Shown piece by piece: positions 1 through 10,301 of a DNA stretch of 64,000 bases (the stretch's first letter is position 1; each line of letters starts with the position of its first letter). The notes below the pieces were generated by a model. It saw only the letters and a list, made by a program, of their open reading frames with translations. It ran no database searches and was not told where the DNA came from. The DNA is from Candidatus Poribacteria bacterium (GTDB lineage: Bacteria > Poribacteria > WGA-4E > JAJDTR01), in the NCBI GenBank assembly GCA_965222225.1, contig CBDCTK010000002.1:128001-192000 (forward strand), read 5' to 3'. The translations under genes and the position numbers were made by a program.

Positions 1-1695
1 GCGGCAAGAGAATCGAATTGTCCCATTGCCGTTGCCCACATTGATGTCAGAATGCCGCCGGGCATTGACGGCATCGAAACCACGCGCAAGATTAGACAGA
101 TCGAGAAAGACATCGAAATCGTAATCATGACTGCTTACACTGACAAATCTCTCTCCGAGATTGTTCGTGACATGGAATTGCTGCATAAGTTGCTCTATAT
201 CAGAAAACCGTTTGCGCGCGAGGAAATTCAGCAGACAACGCTTTCCCTCGTAGAAAAGTGGAATGTTGAACAGGAATTGGCAGAGAAGCGCCGGCAACTT
301 ACCGATAGCAACCAGAGACTGGAAGCCGTCCTTGATTCCACTGGCGATGCCATCGGGATGTTCGATATCAAAGGCAGGTTACTGTTTGCCAATCTATGGT
401 ACGAAGATCTGTTTGATGTGACGGAAGAAGAACTGAAGCAGATGTCGTCGGAGGAACTAAGAGGATGTGTTAACGACCATTTTCAAATACCCGATCTTCT
501 CGATACCGAGAGAAGTTCGTTCTCAGAAAGTCGAGGTGATATAGTCGAAGCAATTACGGACAGTAATACTTCTAGGCGGAAGCTGTTTTATCAATCGGAA
601 GCTCCCGTGCGTGACAGTCAAAAGAAAGTTATGGGTAAGATTGTCGTGTATCGCGACATGTCCAAGGAGCTGAAAATTGAGCAGATGAAAGCCGAGGTTC
701 TTCGCTTACGAACCGAACTTGAAACAGTTTATTCGTTTGACGGAATCATCGGCAAGAGCAAGAAGATGCAGGAAGTGTACGCCTTGATGCAGCAGGCGGC
801 AGACAGCAACATTACGGTGCTCATTCGAGGAGAAAGCGGCACCGGCAAGGAACTCGTCGCCAAATCAATCCATTTCAACAGCCGTCGCAAAACCGGTCCC
901 TTTGTCGCCGTCGATTGCGCTGCCATTCCGGAGACGCTCATAGAAAGTGAACTCTTTGGGCATGAACGCGGTGCGTTTACAGGAGCATCAACGCGACGAA
1001 TCGGGAAATTTGAAAGCGCCGACGGTGGCACAATCTTCTTAGACGAGATTGGGGAAATGCAACCCGCGCTGCAAGCCAAATTATTACGCGTGCTACAGGA
1101 ACGGGAAATCCAGCGCGTGGGCGGCTCAACGAATATCGATATAGACATTCGCGTGATTGCGGCAACTAACAAAGACCTTGAAGCCGCAGTCAAAGCTGGC
1201 GAATTCCGCGAGGATCTTTTCTATCGTATTGCTGCTTTTCCAATGGTGATTCCACCCCTCAGAGAACGAATCGAAGATGTCGCCCGGCTAGCCGAACATT
1301 TTTTGAAAAAACACGCCGCAAACATGGACAAATCAATACGTGAAATCTCCAGCAAAGCGCTGCACCTATTGATAGGTCATGATTGGCCCGGCAACGTGCG
1401 CGAACTGGAAAACGCCATGGAGCGCGCCGTTCTCTTGGAGAAAACCGATGTACTTCAGGAAACCAACCTGCCGACACACATCTATTCCGACGTAATTCCA
1501 CAGCAGGTATACGGTAGTGAACGTTCTAACTTGGCACAAGAGATAATTCCGCTGGACGAAGTTGAGAAGCAGTCGCTGATGCACGCGCTAGAGTTCACTG
1601 ACAATAGTATAACAAAAGCTGCGCATGCGTTGGGAATCAGCCGAGCCACAATCCATAGGAAATTGAAGCAATATCGCCTGCTTGCCGAAGATTGA
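1..1695 (+). CDS. Sigma54-dependent response regulator (REC-PAS-AAA+-Fis HTH), 5' end outside window
   Basis: Frame is open from base 1 (..[12 protein letters not shown] receiver motif); PAS-like segment; Walker [35 protein letters not shown]; C-terminal [20 protein letters not shown]. Confidence 0.93.
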   Translation, partial: AARESNCPIAVAHIDVRMPPGIDGIETTRKIRQIEKDIEIVIMTAYTDKSLSEIVRDMELLHKLLYIRKPFAREEIQQTTLSLVEKWNVEQELAEKRRQLTDSNQRLEAVLDSTGDAIGMFDIKGRLLFANLWYEDLFDVTEEELKQMSSEELRGCVNDHFQIPDLLDTERSSFSESRGDIVEAITDSNTSRRKLFYQSEAPVRDSQKKVMGKIVVYRDMSKELKIEQMKAEVLRLRTELETVYSFDGIIGKSKKMQEVYALMQQAADSNITVLIRGESGTGKELVAKSIHFNSRRKTGPFVAVDCAAIPETLIESELFGHERGAFTGASTRRIGKFESADGGTIFLDEIGEMQPALQAKLLRVLQEREIQRVGGSTNIDIDIRVIAATNKDLEAAVKAGEFREDLFYRIAAFPMVIPPLRERIEDVARLAEHFLKKHAANMDKSIREISSKALHLLIGHDWPGNVRELENAMERAVLLEKTDVLQETNLPTHIYSDVIPQQVYGSERSNLAQEIIPLDEVEKQSLMHALEFTDNSITKAAHALGISRATIHRKLKQYRLLAED

Positions 1696-1967
1696 CACGG
1701 CGACAAAATGCGTAAGCCGCGATTGAGATAGGCTCCATGTTTAGGCTGGAGCATAAATCGGGCGGCAATCATCTAAAGTGCCAACGGTTGCTTTTTCATT
1801 GATGAAACTTGGTGATAACAGGTTAGCGACGGTCGCTCGTAACTGTAAAAAGCATTGCTGTCATTTCTTCCAATCGTCCCATCTACTATATCCGCTTCGA
1901 AAAAAGATACACTTATATTGACGTAATGAATGTATGTAAATAACGTACGTCTGTAAATTTCCCGTCT

Positions 1968-2017
1968 GGTACAAAATGTGTCACTTTAAAAAAGATCGCG
2001 TTACAAAATGTGACACG
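1968..2017. promoter_or_regulatory. Pair of putative enhancer (UAS) sites for a sigma54 activator
   Basis: ACAAAATGTG at 1971-1980 and 2003-2012 (32-bp spacing); second site is an imperfect palindrome CGCGTTACA-AAA-TGTGACACG. Confidence 0.55.
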
Positions 2018-2372
2018 TCTGCACAGCATCCCCGTATGCTGCCTGAGCAGCCATCGTAATTAGCTTACCTAGCCTTTCGACTCTGCACCTATCTTCCAAG
2101 TCTGGTAATCGGTGTGTCGGTGTACCTGAAATCAATGCAACATTGACGTCACAACTTGTTGATTCAGCGTTTCCTCATCGCAATTTCCCGCCAGTTTGTG
2201 CGCATTGTCACTACGTTTGTCTACCACTCGACGTTCGTTCTCCATTGCTTCGCAAGTTCAATTTCTGCCTGAAAGCGTCTCAGCCAACCTAACTTCCAAT
2301 TTACGTGTGATATGGAGGCCCAGAGAATAACCGAAGACAAGAACCAAGCACACCAACTCGTCTCAATTCAGT

Positions 2373-2388
2373 TGGCACACTTTATGCG
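2373..2388 (+). promoter_or_regulatory. Putative sigma54 -24/-12 promoter
   Basis: TGGCACACTTTATGC with exact GG-N10-GC spacing, about 135 nt upstream of the 2523 ORF. Confidence 0.65.
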
Positions 2389-2522
2389 CGCGCTGTCTAG
2401 AAGTTACCCCTTGTCATCTGAACAGAAATGGTTGAGATGAAAGGGCGGTAACCAAACGACACGCTTCAACGTTCTATTTCGTAACTCTCAGCAAGCAAGT
2501 TCTACACAGCAGAGGCATAAAA

Positions 2523-3659
2523 GTGAGCAATACGGAGTTGCTAAGGAAAATGGATCAAACAACCGAGCCGCTACTCCCTTCAGTCGAACCTATCAATTAC
2601 GTACATACTCTCCACGAAGCCCTGAGACATCGCGGCGAAGACGTTTCTTATGCGTATGTCATGGGCGTTTCCGGCGAAGCCTTTCGATTTCTTTATAATC
2701 GCTCTGACCCCGAAGCGGGAATGAAAACCTTTTTTCACAACCCGTTACGCGCGGCATGTCGATCACTCGGGTATAAACATGAAGTCGCACACGACGAAAC
2801 CTACCAGTCTGCGTCAGAACGGCTTCAGGAGAATATCGGCACTGGAAGGCCCGCGTTAATCCCGTTTGGAGATTCCTGTCCGTTTGTCAGCAAACACACG
2901 ACTTCCGGACGGCTTGTCTGTCAAAATGGATACCGCTATGAACTGAATACCGACGACCTGCATACCAAATGGCAGCTTCAGAACGGGTTTCTAGAGCTCG
3001 GTCCCAAGGGCTATTACCAGTTCATAATTGGCGATCGCGAACGCGAGCCCAAGCCGCGAGAAGCTGCATTAGGTGCCTTGCGAGTCGCCACGAAGATGAT
3101 GCGTGCACGACAAAAAGTCCAGGGATGTGCAATGGGGCTTGCCGCTTACAACGAACTCATCGCGCAGTTGATGGGCATGCTCTCACGAAGAAAACCGCTG
3201 ACTCCACACGATGTTCAGCGAATTGCAAAGTGGAATAATCAACCGATTTCCCAAGCGATCGGCACACGACAATTGGCGGTCGAATATCTTGAGCTAGTCC
3301 GAAAACAATTCGAGGATGAGGAACTGGAACACTTGGATAAAGCAATCGCGTCGTACATAAAAGTAGGCGCGCTGCTCCGTAGACTCCAGACAATTTTGCC
3401 CTCGGTAGACACATCACCTAATGCGAATTCGCCTTCGGACGAGCCGTCGACAACTCCGACCAGTTTCTCTAGCCTCTTTCGGATTCAGGCACCGATGTTC
3501 GTTCAACTCCAGGCGGCAAGCGGACAAGCCGTGGTTAAAGAATCCAAACCGAGATATCGATTGGCAATCAAAGTGCTTTTAAGAATCGTCCGAGCGGAAA
3601 CGAAAGCCATCTCTGAGATTGAGAAAATCCTCCAGCTCAGCGAAAAGATGAAAATGTAA
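2523..3659 (+). CDS. Hypothetical protein (N-terminal part loosely resembles BtrH-N/papain-like families)
   Basis: 378-aa ORF after AGAGG; YVMGVSGEAFRF and GLAAY segments recall that class; function not assignable. Confidence 0.6.
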   Translation: MSNTELLRKMDQTTEPLLPSVEPINYVHTLHEALRHRGEDVSYAYVMGVSGEAFRFLYNRSDPEAGMKTFFHNPLRAACRSLGYKHEVAHDETYQSASERLQENIGTGRPALIPFGDSCPFVSKHTTSGRLVCQNGYRYELNTDDLHTKWQLQNGFLELGPKGYYQFIIGDREREPKPREAALGALRVATKMMRARQKVQGCAMGLAAYNELIAQLMGMLSRRKPLTPHDVQRIAKWNNQPISQAIGTRQLAVEYLELVRKQFEDEELEHLDKAIASYIKVGALLRRLQTILPSVDTSPNANSPSDEPSTTPTSFSSLFRIQAPMFVQLQAASGQAVVKESKPRYRLAIKVLLRIVRAETKAISEIEKILQLSEKMKM

Positions 3660-3923
3660 CATCGTTTCGTTGGAAGATAATCCTCCATCGGAAAGATCGG
3701 CAATCGTCAAATTGCCGGTCTTTCCTTTCTTCGGAAAAGATTTTCGATGATGATTTCATGGGCGCTGAGGGAAATAAGACAGTATCTTTACCTTCCTGAA
3801 ATCCTCGCGGCGACCTTCTTCATTCCTTCCTAAACTGCCTACTATCCACCAACATTGATGAGATTGTTTGCTCGTCTACCCTTAGGTATCGCGTCGAGAA
3901 TCTCAATATAAGGGGAGTCACTA

Positions 3924-6353
3924 ATGAACTATTTCGTTAGATTACTCAGCTATGCACGACCCTATCTCTTCAGGCTGAGTTTTGTATTCTTACTCATCCT
4001 TCTGTTGGGACAAGCAGGGCTTTTCATGCCCCTTATGCAGAAGTTTATCATTGACGACATTTTGATGCGCTCTAGAGAACCACTCGCAAGTGTCGATTTG
4101 ATTCATCAAAACGATCTGGACACGAGTCAAGGGCTTTCAGTTGAACTCTTGAGGTATCTCGAAACCGAAGGGATTTCGCTGTCACGAGACACCACAGTAT
4201 CAATTGAAAAGGCGGGACGCAGGTGGAAACTCATTGATAACGAGACAGGGGAAGAGTACGCCGTTGAACGAAGTGTTTTTGAGATGAAATCAGAAGCAGC
4301 GGACTATCTAAGTCAACTTGGCAGTGTTCCGGTTGACTGGAGCCAGCGGTTGAAGGATCGCGGCGTTCAACTCTCCCGAACGGCTACCATTGAAGTTGCT
4401 GAGGACAACGATGGCTGGACAATCACCGATAACGCCAAAGACCTCACAGTTCTGCCCGATGGAGACGAACTCATCGTCTACGAGGGAGAGCTCGAAATCT
4501 ACTCCGGGACGTTTACTTTCACCGTTCCGGACGAGTGGCGCCGTCGGTTGAAAGATCGCAGCGTTCTTCTATCACCAAAAGCCACCGTAGCGGCCGCGGA
4601 TGGTGGCGCCGGATGGACAATCACCGACAACGGCAAGTACCTCACGGTACTGCGTGATGAGGATAAACTCATCGTCTACGAAGGCGAGTTCAAAATCTAC
4701 GCAGGCACGATTGCTTTCACTTTTCTCGGTAAAAGGTACACTCGTACGCCCGTAGGTTGGCTCATTGCCGCACTGGTTGTGATTGTCAGTTTTTTTGCAG
4801 TGCTCTCCATTCTCCGCTACCTTCAGACCTACTCAATGACATGGGTGAGTCAACGCATCTTATTTGACCTACGAAACCACGTCTTTTCACACCTGCAATC
4901 GTTATCCATGCGGTTCTACGATCTTAAAGGAACTGGCCAGATTCTTTCTCGCGTGAGAGAGGATGTTGCGGCTCTACGCTCGCTGGTTACCACGACCTCA
5001 ATTGATATCATCACCGATATGGTAACCGTTATCGTGATGCTGGTATTTATGTTCAGTTGGCATTGGAAACTGACTCTTCTATCCTTGGCTGTTATGCCGT
5101 TAATTATAGGAAATTATTTCTTCTTTATTCGCCGACTGCGTCCGATATGGCGCCAGTGGCGCGATAAATGGGCAGATATTTCGACAGGTTTGCATGAAGC
5201 GGTTGCAGGTGCGAAGGTGGTCAAGGCTTTTGGTCGGGAGCGTCATCATGAGTTAAAACTGTTCCGCGATATGCGAACCACCTTTGAGTGGGAGATTAAA
5301 GTGACTCGGGATCGGACTGCGATGCAACGAATTGCAATGTTTTTTCGGACACTCGGTAGAGGTGTCGTACTTTCTTATGGCGGTTATCTCGTTGTACAGG
5401 GGGACTTTACCGTCGGATCAATGATTGCTTTCATCGCATTCCTAGAGCGGCTTCAACGGCCAATCATGAGTCTCATTAACATCAATGCAACCATTCAAGA
5501 AGCTATGGTGTCCACGGAACGCGTCTTCGGTCTACTCGATTCGGAACCTACCGTCGAGGAAACGCAAGATGCAATTGCCCTACCTGAGATTCGTGGACAT
5601 GTGAAGTTTGACAATGTCCAGTTTAGCTACGAACCGGAAAATCCGGTGTTGCACGACATTTGCATTGAGGCACAACCGGGCATGATGATTGCCCTTGTTG
5701 GACCGTCAGGATGCGGAAAAACGACCGTAGCGAACCTCATCGCGAGGTTCTACGATCCAACAGGCGGTTCAATTCGCATTGATGATTATGACCTGCGAGA
5801 TGTGACAATTAAATCGATACGCAGCCAAATGGGGATCGTTTTGCAGGAGAACTTCCTGTTCGACGGATCCGTCGCAGAAAACATCCGCTTCGGACGTCCC
5901 AATGCTACTGATGAAGAGATCGTGGGTGCCGCGCTAGCCGCCAATGCCCACCAGTTTATCGTGGAGCAACTTCCGGAGGGATATGAAACTAAGGTAGGTG
6001 AGCGAGGTATGCGACTCTCCGGTGGGCAGAAGCAACGTCTATCCATCGCACGCACCATCCTGCGCGACCCGCGTATCTTAATCCTTGACGAAGCGACTTC
6101 CAGCTTGGACACACAATCCGAAGAACAGATACAGCAGGCGCTTGATCGCTTGATGAAATCGAGAACGTCATTCGTCATCGCGCATAGACTCTCCACGGTT
6201 CTAAAAGCGGATATGATTGTTGTTATGGAAGAGGGAAGGATTGTTGAAGCAGGCACCCATGAGCAATTGATGGAAACGGAGGGCATGTACGCGGGCATGT
6301 ATAACAAACAGTTCAAAACCAAGAGCGAAGGTGAGGATTCGTGGTTGGAGTAA
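3924..6353 (+). CDS. ABC exporter (MsbA-like TMD+NBD) with large repeat-containing insertion after TM1
   Basis: GPSGCGKTT, LSGGQKQR, ILILDEATSSLD, IAHRLST; hydrophobic TM segments. Confidence 0.93.
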   Translation: MNYFVRLLSYARPYLFRLSFVFLLILLLGQAGLFMPLMQKFIIDDILMRSREPLASVDLIHQNDLDTSQGLSVELLRYLETEGISLSRDTTVSIEKAGRRWKLIDNETGEEYAVERSVFEMKSEAADYLSQLGSVPVDWSQRLKDRGVQLSRTATIEVAEDNDGWTITDNAKDLTVLPDGDELIVYEGELEIYSGTFTFTVPDEWRRRLKDRSVLLSPKATVAAADGGAGWTITDNGKYLTVLRDEDKLIVYEGEFKIYAGTIAFTFLGKRYTRTPVGWLIAALVVIVSFFAVLSILRYLQTYSMTWVSQRILFDLRNHVFSHLQSLSMRFYDLKGTGQILSRVREDVAALRSLVTTTSIDIITDMVTVIVMLVFMFSWHWKLTLLSLAVMPLIIGNYFFFIRRLRPIWRQWRDKWADISTGLHEAVAGAKVVKAFGRERHHELKLFRDMRTTFEWEIKVTRDRTAMQRIAMFFRTLGRGVVLSYGGYLVVQGDFTVGSMIAFIAFLERLQRPIMSLININATIQEAMVSTERVFGLLDSEPTVEETQDAIALPEIRGHVKFDNVQFSYEPENPVLHDICIEAQPGMMIALVGPSGCGKTTVANLIARFYDPTGGSIRIDDYDLRDVTIKSIRSQMGIVLQENFLFDGSVAENIRFGRPNATDEEIVGAALAANAHQFIVEQLPEGYETKVGERGMRLSGGQKQRLSIARTILRDPRILILDEATSSLDTQSEEQIQQALDRLMKSRTSFVIAHRLSTVLKADMIVVMEEGRIVEAGTHEQLMETEGMYAGMYNKQFKTKSEGEDSWLE
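4326..4700 (+). repeat. Intragenic tandem repeat, 198-nt (66-aa) period, with a more diverged third copy at ~4130-4270
   Basis: VPVDWSQRLKDRGVQLSRTATI..GWTITDNAKDLTVLPDGDELIVYEGELEIY vs VPDEWRRRLKDRSVLLSPKATV..GWTITDNGKYLTVLRDEDKLIVYEGEFKIY. Confidence 0.85.
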
Positions 6354-6524
6354 AGGGAGAACTCCTGTATAACCATCTTTTTCCGATGTGGGCGGTAAGA
6401 ATAGTACACGGGAAGGTTGGAATGATGGAAGGATGGATGAAATGGTTTCACAAGATGAATCGGCGAGCAGCAAAGGCTTTGAGTGTTCAGCTCTGAGAGC
6501 CGTAGAATCTGAAAAAAGTTCAGA

Positions 6525-8588
6525 ATGGTAACCGAGACACTACTGGAGCGGTGGACAGGTAGGGTAATCTTTATTTTGATTGTTCTGCTGTTCACCCCGA
6601 TTATAGCCGTGGGTCAAAGTCCTAACCGCATTATTGAAGCAAAGTGGTTGGATAGTCCGCCCGTTATTGATGGCGCTCTGTCTGAAAGCGTCTGGGGACA
6701 AGCCGAAATTGCCACCGATTTCTTCCGTGCGAAACAAACGCGCGGCATTCCGGCAAAGTTGAATACCAAGGCGATGATATTGTATGATGCCGATGCGCTC
6801 TACATCGGTGTGCATTGCGATGAGCCGAATATGAAGAACCTACGCGAGACACAGACGCGTCGTGATGCTTGGCTGCTTGGGGACGACACCTTCAATGTGT
6901 TGCTAGACACCTATAATGATCAACGTAACTGCTATGTATTGGCGGTCAACACGCTAGGAACACAGATGGATCGAAGAGTCAGTAATGAAACTAGATTTGA
7001 TCCGGCATGGAACGCGAACTGGGAGGCAAAGGTACAGAAAAATGGCAATCATTGGACGGCAGAAATGGCGATCCCTTTCAGTGAACTCCGGTTTAATCCG
7101 CAGATGACAACTTGGGGCATCAATTTCTGGAGGCCCCATCCGATGGAAGGGGAACACTATTCTTGGTCGGACACCGGTGGCAGCTTGAGTCGAGTATCAG
7201 AGTTTGGGAAGCTCGCGAACCTAGATTTTTCGAGAATCAACACGGATCGAAAAGTTGGAATTCTTCCTTACATCTCCCTTCGCGCTGCGACACAAGGAGA
7301 CAGCGATCAGAGTGCGGGATTAGATTTCATCATCCCGATGTCAACAAACATCACCACGAACGTAACTTTCAATCCGGAATTCTCGCAACTGGAAGCCGAC
7401 CCAACCCGTATCAACATTTCAACCGATCGAGAGCTGTTCCTGCCTGAACGCCGCCCGTTTTTCCGTGAGGGAGCGGAACTGTTTGACCTTCCGCTCAACC
7501 TATTTTACACACGTCGCGTGCAAGATATAGATTATGGCGTGAAATCTACAGGGCGAGTAGGTGACTATAACTTAGCGTTAATCGACACCTATGGCACGAT
7601 GATAGATCGGTACGACGACGACAAGAAGAAGCAAGCAAACCTATTCGTGGCGCGGGTCAACCGGAACATTGGTGAACGCTCTATGATTGGGGCGATGGGA
7701 ATTCAGAAACATCAGGCGGATCGCGACGTTGCCCTGCTCTCGGTTGATGGTCGATTCGCGCTTCATCGTGACTGGGTAGCTAGATCGCAGTATGTCGTGG
7801 ACTCGCTAAACGGCGAGGCGCATTCAGCGTACCACACTTCAGTGAACTGGAATCATGAAAGTGGTTGGGGTGGTCGGATTCGCCTTGACGAGATTGAGGA
7901 TGGTTTCCGACCCAACGAAACCGGATTGGAAGAGGAGGCATTCCGAAACCTGAATAGCCGGTTGTGGTACAGGTATCGTTTTGATGAAGAAAGCGCGATA
8001 CGCTCGGTATACATCCGTGGTCACCATTCTCATCAAACCGATACTCAAAAACTGTTACGTCACCGTCGCGTAGGTCTGTCGGGCAAAATTGGAGTCGGAA
8101 GATTCGACGTCTATTCCTACGGCAGGTATGGTGAGCAACGCGACGAGGGTCAACTTTACGACAGGAAACGGATCGGTACGCGACTTAGTTATCGTCCAAA
8201 ATGGGGACGCGTGCAACTTTCAAACGAAGTTGGTACACGCCAAGACAACTTCAATCGGTACACCAAGTTTTCGACGGACCTCAACCTCTTTAGCAAATTA
8301 ACAGTCAATTTTGACCTAAGTAATTTTTTCTGGCGCGACCATCAAAACACGCTTATCTTCCGTCTCCGAGGAAACTATCAATTTACTCGACAGATTGGCT
8401 GGCGAGTGTTTGTGGAACGAGTAGATGAACGCCTAGACAAGATCGTCAGCTACAATTTCAATTCAATCTTCGATTACCAGTTCACTCCCGAGAGTCGTCT
8501 CTTCGTCGTCCTGGCGGATAATACCGACGGGGAGCGCGCCGTACTCACCAAAATGTCCTACCTCTTTGAATCCGATTTTCCATTCTAA
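6525..8588 (+). CDS. Secreted CBM9-like/DUF5916-type outer-membrane protein
   Basis: Signal peptide; PPVIDGALSESVW, YDADALYIG, WTAEMAIPFSEL; NPEFSQLEAD, PERRPFFREG, LFYTRR; beta-strand-rich C-terminus ending in F. Confidence 0.8.
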   Translation: MVTETLLERWTGRVIFILIVLLFTPIIAVGQSPNRIIEAKWLDSPPVIDGALSESVWGQAEIATDFFRAKQTRGIPAKLNTKAMILYDADALYIGVHCDEPNMKNLRETQTRRDAWLLGDDTFNVLLDTYNDQRNCYVLAVNTLGTQMDRRVSNETRFDPAWNANWEAKVQKNGNHWTAEMAIPFSELRFNPQMTTWGINFWRPHPMEGEHYSWSDTGGSLSRVSEFGKLANLDFSRINTDRKVGILPYISLRAATQGDSDQSAGLDFIIPMSTNITTNVTFNPEFSQLEADPTRINISTDRELFLPERRPFFREGAELFDLPLNLFYTRRVQDIDYGVKSTGRVGDYNLALIDTYGTMIDRYDDDKKKQANLFVARVNRNIGERSMIGAMGIQKHQADRDVALLSVDGRFALHRDWVARSQYVVDSLNGEAHSAYHTSVNWNHESGWGGRIRLDEIEDGFRPNETGLEEEAFRNLNSRLWYRYRFDEESAIRSVYIRGHHSHQTDTQKLLRHRRVGLSGKIGVGRFDVYSYGRYGEQRDEGQLYDRKRIGTRLSYRPKWGRVQLSNEVGTRQDNFNRYTKFSTDLNLFSKLTVNFDLSNFFWRDHQNTLIFRLRGNYQFTRQIGWRVFVERVDERLDKIVSYNFNSIFDYQFTPESRLFVVLADNTDGERAVLTKMSYLFESDFPF

Positions 8589-8691
8589 CCTGCGTCGCGA
8601 AGGCAGCCAGATTCATCGCAGCGCGTCATATACCTAGCATAAGAAGGTAGCTGGGCACTCCTGCTGAGAAGATTTGGACCGTGTAAGCCAC

Positions 8692-8721
8692 TTGCGAATC
8701 TACCCGTCAATGTGGTAAAAT
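8692..8721 (+). promoter_or_regulatory. Putative sigma70 promoter of asd
   Basis: TTGCGA-N18-TAAAAT with extended -10 TG. Confidence 0.45.
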
Positions 8722-8794
8722 ATCTATTTGAAAACCCAAAACATTCCAACTGAATCTATCACTTCACCTATTTCCTTGAGAGGTGCAAATTTAC

Positions 8795-9805
8795 GTGAGC
8801 GAACATCATCGTGTTGCCATTGTCGGCGCAACAGGCGCTGTTGGTAATACACTCATGTCCATTCTGGAAGAGAGAGCGTTTCCTATAGCGTCTCTCAAGT
8901 TGCTGGCTTCCCACAGATCCGCAGGCGAGATTCTCACATTCAAGGATCAACCAATCATGGTTGAGAAGTTGACTCATGATTCGTTTGATGATGTAGATCT
9001 GGTGTTTTCGTCAGCAGGTTCGTCCATTAGTAAGGAGTTCATTCCAACCGCCAGTGACAAGAATTGTCTAGTCATTGACAACACGAGTGCGTTTCGCATG
9101 GACGCCGATACCCCTCTTGTGGTGCCGGAAGTAAACATGAGAGCCGCGATAAAGCATAAAGGCTTAATCGCTAATCCGAATTGTTCAACGATTCAGATGG
9201 TGGTCGCTCTCAAACCGATCTACGACCGTGTCGGGATTAAGCGGATTGTTGTCTCAACGTATCAGAGCGTGTCAGGCAAGAGTGGTTCAGCGGTGCTTGA
9301 ACTGGTTGATCAGACAACGGCGGCACTGGAAGGACGACCGATTGAGCCGGATAAGTTTCCACACCAGATGGCGTTTAACGTCGCATTCGATTGGCCGTTT
9401 ACCGACAGTGGTGACAGTGAGGAAGAAGTGAAAATGGTTAATGAGACGCGAAAGATCTTGGAAGATGACACAATTGCCGTGTCCGCAACCACGGTTCGCG
9501 TGCCAGTTTTCTTTTCCCACTCTGAATCTATCAACGTGGAAACCGAGGACAAACTCTCCGCGGAAGAAGCGCGTCAACTTCTATCAGAATCTCCCGGTGT
9601 AGTGGTAATGGACGATCCGGCGAACAGAAAATATCCGCTTGCGGTTGACGTTGCCGGAAGGGACGAGGTGTACGTCGGACGCATTCGAGAAGACCGCTCA
9701 ATTGAAAATGGGCTTAATCTCTGGGTGGTAGCTGACAATCTCCGCAAAGGAGCCGCTCTCAATGCCATTCAGATTGCCGAAATGCTGGATCGTATCAGCG
9801 TCTAA
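8795..9805 (+). CDS. asd: Aspartate-semialdehyde dehydrogenase
   Basis: VAIVGATGAVG, IDNTSAFRM, IANPNCSTIQM, STYQSVSG, WVVADNLRKGAALNA; GTG start after GAGAGG. Confidence 0.96.
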   Translation: MSEHHRVAIVGATGAVGNTLMSILEERAFPIASLKLLASHRSAGEILTFKDQPIMVEKLTHDSFDDVDLVFSSAGSSISKEFIPTASDKNCLVIDNTSAFRMDADTPLVVPEVNMRAAIKHKGLIANPNCSTIQMVVALKPIYDRVGIKRIVVSTYQSVSGKSGSAVLELVDQTTAALEGRPIEPDKFPHQMAFNVAFDWPFTDSGDSEEEVKMVNETRKILEDDTIAVSATTVRVPVFFSHSESINVETEDKLSAEEARQLLSESPGVVVMDDPANRKYPLAVDVAGRDEVYVGRIREDRSIENGLNLWVVADNLRKGAALNAIQIAEMLDRISV

Positions 9806-9999
9806 GAGCCTGTTTGAATAATCGGTGGCAAAGCCATTTTTAGTCATTTGTCGGAAGTTTTTTCATGTTTTCATTGTTGGCTGCTACATACCTGTAGGAT
9901 CTCTATCGCAGTCGCTATTCGCTCCCTTGATCCCACTCTGGGGCTTTAGATGCTGGTGCGCGGTGCGCACCCTACAAACTGTACTTTTCAAACAGGTTC
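9806..9999. mobile_element. MITE, 194 bp, with IS5-family-like ends
   Basis: TIRs GAGCCTGTTTGAA / TTCAAACAGGTTC (12/13); flanked by TAA duplication (9803-9805, the asd stop, and 10000-10002); second copy at 50404. Confidence 0.8.
9955..9975 (-). repeat. GTAG-type REP-like hairpin inside the MITE
   Basis: Minus strand reads GTAG-GGTGCGC-ACC-GCGCACC (tetranucleotide foot plus 7-bp stem). Confidence 0.55.
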
Positions 10000-10301
10000 T
10001 AAGGAAAACTGAGACGATTGAAATCTTGGAGTTGATTCCATCCTTGATTCGGAGCCGTGTTTTGTTCCGCCGAGCATGCGAGGCAAAACAACTTCCCCTT
10101 TCAACAAGGCGAGATGAATAGCACAATCGAGGGGGGTTGATACCTAAACTCTAAAGGAATGGCAACTGATTGTTCTCAGTTGCACTAATGGGGCGGATTA
10201 TCATCTGTAGCCAAGTGGGTTCGTATCATTCAATATCCATTGTTAATTATGTGTTTCGTATTATCCAGAACAGGTGGTGAATACGCTAGGAGAGGTGCTG
10301 A

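Noticed and set aside
10115-10145. CIRCE operator upstream of the DnaJ-type gene
   Set aside because: Only TAGCAC matches; the inverted half GAGTGCTAA is absent.
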